From an uncultured Verrucomicrobiae bacterium (GTDB lineage Bacteria; Verrucomicrobiota; Verrucomicrobiia; Chthoniobacterales; UBA10450): DNA of 64,000 nt. Every line of letters begins with the position of its first letter. Positions within the stretch are counted from its first letter, which is position 1. Made by a program: the position numbers and the translations under genes. Of this stretch, positions 41,127 through 50,456 are shown one piece after another. The DNA is taken from the NCBI GenBank assembly GCA_963726745.1, contig CAVSDR010000003.1:320001-384000 (forward strand), in the 5' to 3' direction. Below the pieces are notes generated by a model. It worked only from the letters and a program-made list of their open reading frames with translations. It had not been told where the DNA came from and ran no database searches.

Positions 41127-41747
41127 CTACGGCTGGCGAGCCAGCCACTCCTTTACCAGCACGAGGTCGCTCCGCGCGAGCATGTGGCCCGTCGGCTGGA
41201 TTTCGAGACGCACCTGGGCGCCACGCGCTTCGAGGAGGGCGGCAAGTTGCCGGCTATTTTCTGCCGGGACGAGGGCGTCAGTCGCGCCGGCGCTGATCAG
41301 GACGCGGTGGCCGGAGAGATCGGGCTTTGGCGGTTCCGTGAGGGAAACCTGCCCGCGCAGGAGGACAGCTGAGCGCAACACTTCCGGCCGAAGAAGCAGC
41401 ACGGCCGAGGCGATGTTGGCGCCATTGGAATAGCCGACCGCGGTCACGTCGCTGAGCGCAAAGTCATAATTCCCCGCGGCGGCTCCGAGAAAATCCGCCA
41501 ACTCATGCGCGCGACGGACGAGATCTTCCTCGTCGAAGACGCCCTCGGCGATCCGCCGGAAAAAACGGAGCGCGCCGTTCTCATCCACCTTCCCGCGCAG
41601 GCTCAGCTGCGCCGCCTCCGGGTCGAACTCACGGCCGAGAGCCAGCAGGCTGTTCTCATCGCCGCCGGTGCCGTGGAGGAGGAGCAGCACGCGCGAGCTT
41701 CCCTCGGTGCCGGGAATCCACTTGTGAACGAAATCCAAATCGCGCAT
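41127..41747 (-). CDS. Alpha/beta hydrolase (MhqD-like carboxylesterase)
   Basis: LLLHGTGGDE, RFFRR.AEGVFDEEDL, GYSNGANIA, D.LVP, GH. Confidence 0.92.
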   Translation of the reverse strand: MRDLDFVHKWIPGTEGSSRVLLLLHGTGGDENSLLALGREFDPEAAQLSLRGKVDENGALRFFRRIAEGVFDEEDLVRRAHELADFLGAAAGNYDFALSDVTAVGYSNGANIASAVLLLRPEVLRSAVLLRGQVSLTEPPKPDLSGHRVLISAGATDALVPAENSRQLAALLEARGAQVRLEIQPTGHMLARSDLVLVKEWLARQP

Positions 41748-41761
41748 GGCAGAGATTACGC

Positions 41762-42574
41762 ATGGCGAAGCGCGCGCAAATTTTCCTTTGGCAACGAAGC
41801 GCCAGCCCGGCCTGGCTCGCGGCGCATGCGGCCGAGTTGCAAGCCGCGACCGGTGGCGAGCATGCGATCGTGGAACGGCCCGGCCGGGCGCGCGCGCTCA
41901 TCCAGGCGCCGTGCGCCGACGATTCCCTCGTCCGAAAATTTGGCGGCAAGATGGAGAAATTGCCGACGGATTGGCTCCTGCAATTCGCTCCGCAGAACAA
42001 GCCCATCCGCATCGGCACGCGGCTGGTGATCACGAGCGAGGAAAGCGATGAACCGAATGCGCTCCGCATCCCCGCGGGCGCCGCTTTCGGCACCGGCGAG
42101 CATGCGACCACCGCGATGTCGCTTCGCTTGCTCGAGCGCTACACGCGCCGGCTCACGCCCGGCTGGCGAATGCTCGATGCCGGGACCGGCTCGGGCATTC
42201 TCGCACTCGCCGGCCGACGCTTCGGCGCGGGCGAAGTGCTCGCGATCGACCACGACGCGCTGGCTATTTCAACCGCCAAACGCAACGCGCGGGAGAATGG
42301 GATCCGCCGGGTGACTTTCGTCGTTGGCGACGTCCGCGACACCCTCGCGGGGCGCTACGATTTGATCGCGGCCAATCTGTTCTCCGAGTTGCTCTGCGAG
42401 GTGCTGCCTGGGTTTGCCAAAGCGCTGGCTAAAGATGGCCGGTTGATCCTTTCCGGGGTAATGCGCCTGCAGGAAAGCCGGGTTCTCCGGGCCCTGCGCG
42501 CCGCCGGTTTCGGGCCGCGCGAGACGCGCCGGCGCGGGAAATGGATCGCGCTCGTGGCGGAAAAACGCGGTTGA
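41762..42574 (+). CDS. prmA: Ribosomal protein L11 methyltransferase
   Basis: AFGTGEHATT, LDAGTGSGILA, YDLIAANL, LILSG. Confidence 0.9.
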   Translation: MAKRAQIFLWQRSASPAWLAAHAAELQAATGGEHAIVERPGRARALIQAPCADDSLVRKFGGKMEKLPTDWLLQFAPQNKPIRIGTRLVITSEESDEPNALRIPAGAAFGTGEHATTAMSLRLLERYTRRLTPGWRMLDAGTGSGILALAGRRFGAGEVLAIDHDALAISTAKRNARENGIRRVTFVVGDVRDTLAGRYDLIAANLFSELLCEVLPGFAKALAKDGRLILSGVMRLQESRVLRALRAAGFGPRETRRRGKWIALVAEKRG

Positions 42575-42670
42575 CGGCGACGCGCCACGTAAGCACCTTC
42601 CCGCTCCGTTCGCGGTCTCGTTCTCCTGCAACTACGCGGTGATCTGTCAGGCCGCGCCTGGACCTTTTTT

Positions 42671-43747
42671 ATGCCGGCCGAAGAACTCGCTTACGTCATT
42701 GTCACGCCTTACTCGATGCGCAAATCGCGCACGGGCGGCATCATCTCCCGTCTCATTTCCCGCACTGGCCTCGAGCTGGTGGCCGGGCGGATGTTCGCTC
42801 CCAGTCAGGAGCTGGTGCAGCGCTACACGGATACGATCGTGACCGCGACCGACGAGCGGCATCGCGCCACGCAGGAGCTGATTCGCGACTACGTGCAGAA
42901 GAACTTCACCGGCACGGTCCGAGGCCAGCGCCCGCGTTTGCTCCTGCTCGTCTTCCGCGGCGAGGACGCGATCGAGCGCGTGCACCGGGTGGTCGGCCAC
43001 ATCGTGCACGAGCGCACCAGCGGCGAAACCGTGCGCGACACCTACGGCGACTACGTGACCGACGAGTCCGGCAAGGTGACCTACTTTGAACCCGGCGTGC
43101 TCGCGGCCTTCGGGAATGATTCCGTGCGCGACCACTTGAAGCTTTGGGCGGAATTTTCCGACAAGGACGGCGGCATCCTCGAGAACGTGATCAGCTATCC
43201 CGAGGGCACGAAGGTTGAGAAGACGCTGGTTCTAATTAAGCCGGATAACTTTAAGTTCCCGAACCTCCGTCCGGGCGGCGTGATCGAAGTCTTTTCGCGC
43301 ACTGGCCTCTCGATTATCGGCTTCAAGGTCCACCGCATGAGCGTGGCTCAGGCGAAGGATTTCTACGGCCCGGTGCTCCCGGTTTTGGAAGACAAACTCG
43401 GCGGCGAAAAAGGCCGCAATGCCTGGGAAGACATCGTGGAGTTCATGTCCGGTGCGCGCCCCAGCAACACCAGTGACAGTAAGCTCAACGAGCCCGGCTC
43501 CGAGAAGATCGTGGCCCTGGTTTACCAGGGCGAAAACGCGGTTGCGAAGATCCGCGAAGTCCTCGGGCCGACCGATCCGAGCAAGGCGCCTCCGGGATCG
43601 ATCCGGAAGGAATTCGGCCAGTCGATCATGGTCAACGCGGCGCATGCTTCCGACGCGGTCGAGAACGCGCAGCGCGAGATGAAGATCGTCCAAGTGGACG
43701 AGAATAACTTCAAACCTTTGATTGAAAGCTTCTACGAGCGCCAATAG
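42671..43747 (+). CDS. ndk: Nucleoside-diphosphate kinase, two-domain form
   Basis: C-domain TLVLIKPD...LGPTDPSKAPPGSIR.EFG...NAAHASD; N-domain is an NDK-like repeat lacking the His motif. Confidence 0.85.
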   Translation: MPAEELAYVIVTPYSMRKSRTGGIISRLISRTGLELVAGRMFAPSQELVQRYTDTIVTATDERHRATQELIRDYVQKNFTGTVRGQRPRLLLLVFRGEDAIERVHRVVGHIVHERTSGETVRDTYGDYVTDESGKVTYFEPGVLAAFGNDSVRDHLKLWAEFSDKDGGILENVISYPEGTKVEKTLVLIKPDNFKFPNLRPGGVIEVFSRTGLSIIGFKVHRMSVAQAKDFYGPVLPVLEDKLGGEKGRNAWEDIVEFMSGARPSNTSDSKLNEPGSEKIVALVYQGENAVAKIREVLGPTDPSKAPPGSIRKEFGQSIMVNAAHASDAVENAQREMKIVQVDENNFKPLIESFYERQ

Positions 43748-43789
43748 TTTGCGCTCCCCTTTTCCCAACCCAAAACCACCTTGCAAACC

Positions 43790-44953
43790 ATGGAAATTTC
43801 CGAGCGCGCCGCCAAGTTAACTCCCTCCCTTACGCTCTCGATCGACAGCAAGGCCAAGGCGATGAAAGCCGAGGGATTGGACGTCTGCGGATTCGGCGCG
43901 GGCGAGCCCGACTTCGACACGCCGGAGCACATCAAGGATGCCGCGATCGCGGCGCTCCAGACCGGCTTTACCAAGTACACCCCGAGCGCCGGCATTCCCG
44001 AGTTGCGCCAGGCGATTGCCGACAAGCTCAAGGCCGACAACGACCTTTCCTACAAGCCGAGCCAGGTGGTGGTGAGCAACGGCGCGAAGCATTCTTGTTA
44101 CAACGCCATCCTCGCCACCTGTCAGGAAGGCGACGAGGTCATCATCCCCTCGCCCTACTGGGTGAGCTACCCGGACATGGTCCGCCTCGCGGGCGCCGAG
44201 CCGGTGATCGTCCCTACGTCCGAGCGCAATGGCTGGAAGATGCGCGCGGAAGACTTTGAAAACGCGATGACCCCGCGCACGAAAATGGTCATCCTGAACA
44301 GCCCGAACAATCCTTCCGGCGCCGTTTACACTCGCGAGGAACTCGAAGGCATCGTGGCGATCGCCGCCGAGGAAGACATCTACATTCTCTCCGACGAGAT
44401 CTACGAGAAGCTGGTTTACGATGACGTGAAGCACGTCAGCGTCGCTTCGCTTTCAAAGGAAGCCTACGACCTCACGATCACGGTCAACGGTTTCAGCAAG
44501 GCTTACGCGATGACCGGTTGGCGTCTCGGCTACCTGGCGGCGCCGGATGCAATTGCGAAGGCGGTTGATTCCATCCAGAGCCATAGCACTTCGCACGTGA
44601 CCTCTTTCGCTCAATACGGCGCCATCGCTGCGCTCAAGGGCGACCAGCAAGCGCTCTCCGATATGCGCGAGGAGTTCGACATGCGCCGGAACTACGCCTA
44701 CGACCGGATCACCAAGATCCCGAACATCACCGCGGTGAAACCGCAGGGCGCGTTCTACATTTTGATCAACATCAGCCAGCTTGGCCTGAGTTCGCAGAAC
44801 TTTGCCGACCGCCTCTTGAGCAAGGCCAACGTGGCCGTGGTGCCCGGCGCTGCGTTCGGCGACGACCGCACCGTGCGCATGAGCTACGCGACCAGCATCG
44901 ACATCATCAAAAAAGGTCTCGATCGCTTCCAGGACTTCTGCCGCACCCTCTAG
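43790..44953 (+). CDS. aspC: PLP-dependent class I aminotransferase (aspartate aminotransferase-like)
   Basis: GEPDFDTP, NSPNNPSG, SDEIY, GFSKAYAMTGWRLG. Confidence 0.93.
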   Translation: MEISERAAKLTPSLTLSIDSKAKAMKAEGLDVCGFGAGEPDFDTPEHIKDAAIAALQTGFTKYTPSAGIPELRQAIADKLKADNDLSYKPSQVVVSNGAKHSCYNAILATCQEGDEVIIPSPYWVSYPDMVRLAGAEPVIVPTSERNGWKMRAEDFENAMTPRTKMVILNSPNNPSGAVYTREELEGIVAIAAEEDIYILSDEIYEKLVYDDVKHVSVASLSKEAYDLTITVNGFSKAYAMTGWRLGYLAAPDAIAKAVDSIQSHSTSHVTSFAQYGAIAALKGDQQALSDMREEFDMRRNYAYDRITKIPNITAVKPQGAFYILINISQLGLSSQNFADRLLSKANVAVVPGAAFGDDRTVRMSYATSIDIIKKGLDRFQDFCRTL

Positions 44954-44968
44954 TCCGCTGAGGGGTTC

Positions 44969-46537
44969 ATGCCCGGTTCGCTTGCGCTGATCCTGCACGC
45001 GCACCTGCCGTTCATCCGGCACCCGGAGCACGAGGAGTTTCTCGAGGAAGCCTGGCTTTTCGAGGCCATCACCGAGACTTACATCCCGCTCATCCAGATG
45101 ATGGAGCGGCTGATGGCGGACGCGGTCCCCTTTCGGCTCTGCATGAGCCTCACGCCGCCGCTCTGCGCGATGCTCCAGGACGAACTCCTGCGTGAGCGCT
45201 ACGCGCAACATCTCGCGCGCTCGATCGACTTGGCCGAGCGCGAAATTAGCCGGCATTCTCAGCACCCAGAACTGCTCGAGCTGGCGCATTTTTACCACGC
45301 GCTTCTGCGCGAGACGCAGCGGCGTTACGAAGCGTGGAATCGCGACCTTGTCGCCGTCTTCCGCCAACTGCGCGATGCCGGCGTGCTCGAAATCATCGCC
45401 AGTGCGGCGACGCACGGGTTGCTGCCTTTGCTGATGGAAACGCCCGCAACCGTGCGTGCGCAAATCCTCATCGGCTGCGATGCCTACCGCGCCGCGTTTG
45501 GCGCGGAGCCGAGTGGTTTTTGGCTGCCGGAATGCGCTTACGCGCCCGGCCTGGAGAAAATGCTCGCGGAGGCGAACCTGCGCTGGTTCGTGCTCGACGC
45601 GCATGGCCTCATGCTCGCGCAACCACGCCCCGCGGCGGCGATCTTCGCGCCCGCATTCACCGCGGCCGGCCCGGCGGTTTTCGCGCGTGACCCGAATAGC
45701 AGCCGGCAAGTTTGGAGCGCCGAGGCCGGCTATCCGGGACATTCGGCCTACCGGGACTTTTACCGCGACGTCGGCTACGATCTCCCGCCGGAGTATGCCT
45801 TCGCGCACTCAGCGCAAAAACAGCCGCGCTTCACTGGTTTTAAGTATCACCGCATCACCGGCGGCCGCGGGCCGAAGGAATTTTACCAGCGCGCTCAGGC
45901 CGAGGAAATGGCGGCGACGCACGCGAGCCATTTTCTGAAAGCGCGCACGCAGGAGCTGGAAGCTGCGGCCGAGCTGGTGCTCGACCCGATCCTGACAATG
46001 CCGTTCGACGCGGAGCTTTTCGGGCATTGGTGGTTCGAAGGTCCGCTCTTTTTGGAACAGGTCATCCGGCAAAACGCCGCCAGCGGGACGCTCCGCCTAA
46101 CGAGTCCAACGTCCTACCTGGCGACGCATCCGACGCAGGAAGTGGTCGCGCCCGCCGCCTCGAGCTGGGGCGAAGGCGGCTACTGGAGCGTCTGGTTGCA
46201 CGAGAATAATTCGTGGATTTATCCGCCGCTCCATCGCGCCGCGCGCGAAATGCACGCCCTCGCGCAGGCCCACGCGGAAACAGCCGACCATTTGATCGAC
46301 CGCGCGCTCAAGCAGCTCGCGCGCGAACTCCTGCTCGCGCAGTCGAGCGATTGGGCTTTCCTCATGAAAACTGGCACCGCCCGGGAGTACGCCACCAGCC
46401 GCACCGAAACGCACCTCCGCCGTTTCCAAGAGCTCGGGAATCAGCTAAAGGCAGGCAGCCTCGACCCGGTTTTCCTTTCCGAATGCGAAACGTGCGACAA
46501 CCTTTTCCCCCAAATCCAATGGCGCCATTACGCTTAA
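44969..46537 (+). CDS. GH57 1,4-alpha-glucan branching enzyme (DUF1957)
   Basis: LHAHLPF, EEAWLFEAITETYIPL, FWLPECAY, FDAELFGHWWFEG, RELLLAQSSDWAF. Confidence 0.93.
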   Translation: MPGSLALILHAHLPFIRHPEHEEFLEEAWLFEAITETYIPLIQMMERLMADAVPFRLCMSLTPPLCAMLQDELLRERYAQHLARSIDLAEREISRHSQHPELLELAHFYHALLRETQRRYEAWNRDLVAVFRQLRDAGVLEIIASAATHGLLPLLMETPATVRAQILIGCDAYRAAFGAEPSGFWLPECAYAPGLEKMLAEANLRWFVLDAHGLMLAQPRPAAAIFAPAFTAAGPAVFARDPNSSRQVWSAEAGYPGHSAYRDFYRDVGYDLPPEYAFAHSAQKQPRFTGFKYHRITGGRGPKEFYQRAQAEEMAATHASHFLKARTQELEAAAELVLDPILTMPFDAELFGHWWFEGPLFLEQVIRQNAASGTLRLTSPTSYLATHPTQEVVAPAASSWGEGGYWSVWLHENNSWIYPPLHRAAREMHALAQAHAETADHLIDRALKQLARELLLAQSSDWAFLMKTGTAREYATSRTETHLRRFQELGNQLKAGSLDPVFLSECETCDNLFPQIQWRHYA

Positions 46538-47697
46538 TTCTCGTCGGTCTCCTGTTGGCGCTTCCCGTCCGCGCGCAGGAAACGCCCGCGCCTTCCGCGA
46601 GCCCGACGCCGCGCAAGGTGCGCATCAGTTTTCTCCCGCCGCCGGTCGACGGGCTGATCAGCCTCGGGATTTACGACCGCGACGGGAAGCTCGTGCGCGT
46701 GCTTCAGCGCGAGGCGGAACTGGAAGAATTCGAGGCCGGGAACGATGCCTTACAGACGGCTTGGGATGGAAAAAACGACGCGGGCGAGCCGCTGCCTTCG
46801 GGGAAATATTTCGCGCGCGGTTACGCCGTCGATGCGGACGCAGAAGGTGTCGGCTATTTCTTTAACGACTGGGTCGAGGACGAAAACTCCCTGCGGATCG
46901 CGCGGGTGACCGCGGTCGAACTCGCGAATGGCCTCCCGCTCTTGAGCGTGCAGCTGGCCGATGGCCGTGCCCTTTCGATCCTCTGCGATTTAGACGGCAA
47001 CATCATGAATACCGGCGAGGTGCGCACCCGCCAGGAGGATTGCGGCGAGGCGCTTTCCTGCGCTCCCGGCCGCGAGGAAACGCGCTGGGTGATCGAGCAG
47101 GTTTCGCCCGAAGCAACTGAGGTGAAGCAGCTCTCGAAATCCGGCGAGCTCCTCCGCCGCTTGAGCGTGCCCGCGGGCGAACCGCAGCCGCGCCAGCTCG
47201 CGGCCTCGCCGGACAGCGACTCGATTCTTCTCTTGGAAGAGAACTCGCAGGCGCAGCGCGTGCGCTCGTTAGTCCTCGCGGGCAAGAACATCACCGATGG
47301 CCAGGCGACCTCCGATTGGAAAGTGCAATTCGAGAAAACCATTACTGCGCACCATGACTTCACGATGGAAAAGGGCGAGCCGGTGCCCGCGGGCGGGACG
47401 CCTCTGCTCGAGAAAATAGCCGTCAAGCTGCAGCCAAATCCGCTGGCGAAAAACCAACGCACCACCGTCGAGCTTACGGTCGCCTTCGACGCCGACGGCA
47501 GCTTTCTCCGGACCGCCGATGGGCTTCCACTCCTTAGCATCAGCGAAACGAAAAAGCTCCAGCGCATCGGCCTCGCGCCCGCGGGTGAAAACGCCGCCGA
47601 GGTGCTTCAGGACGACGGCGTGGTGGTCGAGCAATTTCACCTGACCGATCTCGCGAAGATGGCGGCCTTCGACGCGGGCGAAATTGAATTGAAATAG
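46519..47697 (+). CDS. Secreted hypothetical protein with a FlgD Ig-like N-domain
   Basis: Signal peptide; LGIYD..GKLVR.L...WDGKNDAGE.LPSGKY. Confidence 0.75.
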   Translation: MAPLRLILVGLLLALPVRAQETPAPSASPTPRKVRISFLPPPVDGLISLGIYDRDGKLVRVLQREAELEEFEAGNDALQTAWDGKNDAGEPLPSGKYFARGYAVDADAEGVGYFFNDWVEDENSLRIARVTAVELANGLPLLSVQLADGRALSILCDLDGNIMNTGEVRTRQEDCGEALSCAPGREETRWVIEQVSPEATEVKQLSKSGELLRRLSVPAGEPQPRQLAASPDSDSILLLEENSQAQRVRSLVLAGKNITDGQATSDWKVQFEKTITAHHDFTMEKGEPVPAGGTPLLEKIAVKLQPNPLAKNQRTTVELTVAFDADGSFLRTADGLPLLSISETKKLQRIGLAPAGENAAEVLQDDGVVVEQFHLTDLAKMAAFDAGEIELK

Positions 47698-47714
47698 CCG
47701 GCGCGGGCTGTTCA

Positions 47715-48290
47715 ATGGGCCCAATGCCGCGCGACATTGTCTACTTCGATCTCGAGACCCAGCGCACGGCGAACGACGCCGGCGGCTGGGATCGGAAGTG
47801 CAACATGCGCATGTCCGTCGGGGTGATCTACAGCACGGCCACGGGCCGGTATCAGGTCTTCCACGAGGACCGCGTCGACGCCTTGATCGAGCGCCTTCGC
47901 CGGGCCGATCTCGTGGTCGGGTTCAACGTGATCAATTTCGATTATCACGTGCTCATGGGTTACACGATTTTGGATTTGATCCACGAACTGCCGACCGCCG
48001 ACCTGATGGTCGACGTGGAGCAAAAACTCGGGCATCGCCTCGCGCTTGACTCGATCGCCACGGCCACGCTCGGCGTGCAAAAAACCGCCGCCGGCCTGGA
48101 CGCGATCAAGTGGTGGCGCGAAGGCCGCGTGCTCGAGATCGCGGAGTATTGCTGCTTCGACGTGAAGGTGACCAAGCTGGTGCACGAGCACGGTTGCCGG
48201 CACAAGGAGCTCTTCTTCCACGACCGCTTCGCGCAACGCCAGCGGGTCGAGATCGACTGGTGCCATCTCGACGAGCTGGCCACGGCTTGA
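47715..48290 (+). CDS. RNase H-like/DEDD 3'-5' exonuclease domain protein (YprB-like)
   Basis: YFDLET, VVGFN...FD, EYC..DV motifs. Confidence 0.85.
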   Translation: MGPMPRDIVYFDLETQRTANDAGGWDRKCNMRMSVGVIYSTATGRYQVFHEDRVDALIERLRRADLVVGFNVINFDYHVLMGYTILDLIHELPTADLMVDVEQKLGHRLALDSIATATLGVQKTAAGLDAIKWWREGRVLEIAEYCCFDVKVTKLVHEHGCRHKELFFHDRFAQRQRVEIDWCHLDELATA

Positions 48291-48354
48291 GCCGGGCAGC
48301 GCACTGCGAAACCCTCGCTAGTCACTCGCGGCTTTTGTTGTTTACTTAGCGCCT

Positions 48355-49680
48355 ATGGCTTCCAGCGCTGAGATGCAGCAAACCGTCGGCAAATCGGCCG
48401 CGCTCTCCGGGACTTCGCTCCACACCGGAGAGAAAGTGACGCTGCGCCTGCAACCCGCGCCCGTGGATCACGGGATTAAATTCAAGCGCAAGGATCTCGC
48501 CGATGAGCCGACGATCGATGCCCGAATCGACCACGTGAAAACGGTCGAGCGCGCGACCACGATCGGCGAAGGCGCGATGCGGGTGCACACGGTGGAGCAC
48601 ATCTTGTCGGCTCTTTCCGCGATGGGGGTGGACAACGCGATCATCGAAATGGACGCCAATGAGCCGCCGATCGGCGACGGCAGCGCGCAGGCCTACGTCG
48701 ACTTGATCAAGAAGGCCGGCGTCGTCCCGCAGGAATCACCGCGGCGCTTCTTCATCGTGCGCGAGCCGATCTCGATCGAGACCAAGGGCGGCTCGTTGCT
48801 GGTCGTGCTCCCAGACGACAAATTTCGCATCAGCTGCACGCAGGTGGGACCGGACGGACGCTTCACCCAGTTCCTCAGCACCGAGATCACGCCGGCTATT
48901 TTTGAGCGGGAAATCGCGCCTGCGCGCACCTTCGTTTTCTACGAGGACGTGCAGCAGCTGATGGAGAAAAACCTGATCAAAGGCGGCAGTCTGGAGAACG
49001 CGATCGTCATCCGCGGCGAGGCCGTCCTGAGCAAGGAACCGCTCCGTTTTGCCGACGAATTCGTCCGCCACAAGATTCTCGATATCATCGGCGACCTCGC
49101 GCTTTCTGGCCTGCGCTTGAGGGGCCACATCATCGCGGTCAAACCGGGCCACGGCCCAAATGCCGAGCTCGCCCGCGCGCTCGTGCGCGAGCACGCGAAG
49201 TCGGTCCCAATGGTGCAGCCGCGCGCGGAGGCGCTGGGCGAAGGCGCGCTCGACATCAACCAGGTGATGGCCATTCTCCCGCATCGTTATCCCTTCCTGA
49301 TGGTCGATCGCATTCTCGGTTTCGAGGGCGACATGAAATGCACCGGGATGAAGACGGTCACGATCAACGAGCCTTATTTCGCCGGGCATTTCCCCGGCCA
49401 CCCGGTGATGCCGGGCGTGCTCCAGGTCGAGGCGATGGCCCAGGTAGCCAGCATTCTCATGATGAAGCTGACCAAGAGCTCCAGCCGGCTCGGTTATTTC
49501 GTGAGCGCGGATGACGTGAAGTTTCGCAAGCCGGTCTTCCCCGGCGACACGCTTGTGATTCACACGGAACTGCTGAAAGCGCGCAGCAATCGCATCGCCA
49601 AGGCGCGTTGCAAATGCACCGTGAACGATGCCGTCGTTTCCGAGGGCGAGCTCATGTTCACCTTTCTCGACACCAAGTGA
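48355..49680 (+). CDS. lpxC: Bifunctional LpxC deacetylase / FabZ dehydratase
   Basis: TVEHILSA, EPPIGDGSA, RHKILDIIGDL, then LPHRYPFLMVD, GHFPG.PVMPGVL.VEAMAQ. Confidence 0.96.
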   Translation: MASSAEMQQTVGKSAALSGTSLHTGEKVTLRLQPAPVDHGIKFKRKDLADEPTIDARIDHVKTVERATTIGEGAMRVHTVEHILSALSAMGVDNAIIEMDANEPPIGDGSAQAYVDLIKKAGVVPQESPRRFFIVREPISIETKGGSLLVVLPDDKFRISCTQVGPDGRFTQFLSTEITPAIFEREIAPARTFVFYEDVQQLMEKNLIKGGSLENAIVIRGEAVLSKEPLRFADEFVRHKILDIIGDLALSGLRLRGHIIAVKPGHGPNAELARALVREHAKSVPMVQPRAEALGEGALDINQVMAILPHRYPFLMVDRILGFEGDMKCTGMKTVTINEPYFAGHFPGHPVMPGVLQVEAMAQVASILMMKLTKSSSRLGYFVSADDVKFRKPVFPGDTLVIHTELLKARSNRIAKARCKCTVNDAVVSEGELMFTFLDTK

Positions 49681-50455
49681 ACGCGCCGCAAATCCATCCG
49701 ACGGCGATCGTCGACCCGGGCGCGGCGCTCGGGGCGGGCACGGTGGTGGGGCCTTACAGCATCGTCGGCCCGCACGTCATCCTCGGCGAAGGTTGCTGGC
49801 TGCAACATCACGTGACCCTGGAGGGCCCGATGATCGCGGGGGCGCATAACAAGTTCTACGCCTACTGCTCCATCGGGCAGCAGACGCAGGATTTGAAATA
49901 CGCCGGGGAACCGACCTATCTCGAGCTCGGCGAGGCGAACGTTTTTCGCGAGTTCTGCACGGTCAACCGGAGCACCAAGGGCGATGGCAAAACCCGCGTC
50001 GGCAGCCGTGGAAATTTTCTCGCCTACAGCCATATCGGGCACGATTGCCTCGTCGGCGACGGCGTCGTTTTCTCGAACAACGGCACCCTCGCCGGCCACG
50101 TCCAGATCGGCGACGGCGCGATCATGGGCGGCCTGACCGCGGTCCATCAATTCTGTCGGATCGGGCGGCTCGCGATCACTGGCGGCTGTTCCAAGATCGT
50201 GCAGGACGTGCCCCCGTTTATGATCGCCGATGGCAACCCGGCGCAGATTCGCGGGGTTAACGTCGTCGGTCTCGAGCGGGCCGGCTTCGCACCTGCCGCG
50301 ATCAAGTGCATCAAGGAAGCTTTCCGCCTGATCTTTCGCTGCAACTACAACACCCGCCAGGCGCTCGAAGCGGTGCGCGCGGAAATGCCGCAGACCGACG
50401 AGATCGCGCAAATCGTGGCCTTCATCGAAGCAGCGAGCGCGGGATCATTCGTTAG
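49677..50455 (+). CDS. lpxA: UDP-N-acetylglucosamine O-acyltransferase (1-nt deletion near 50432)
   Basis: IHPTAIV, QDLKY.GE.T, AYSHIGHDC, LAGHV, VHQFCRIG; restoring one base gives the canonical end SERGIIR*. Confidence 0.95.
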
Positions 50456-50456
50456 G

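Noticed and set aside
48355..49680. LpxC-FabZ fusion as a novelty
   Set aside because: Known in Bacteroidota, Chlorobi and Verrucomicrobia.
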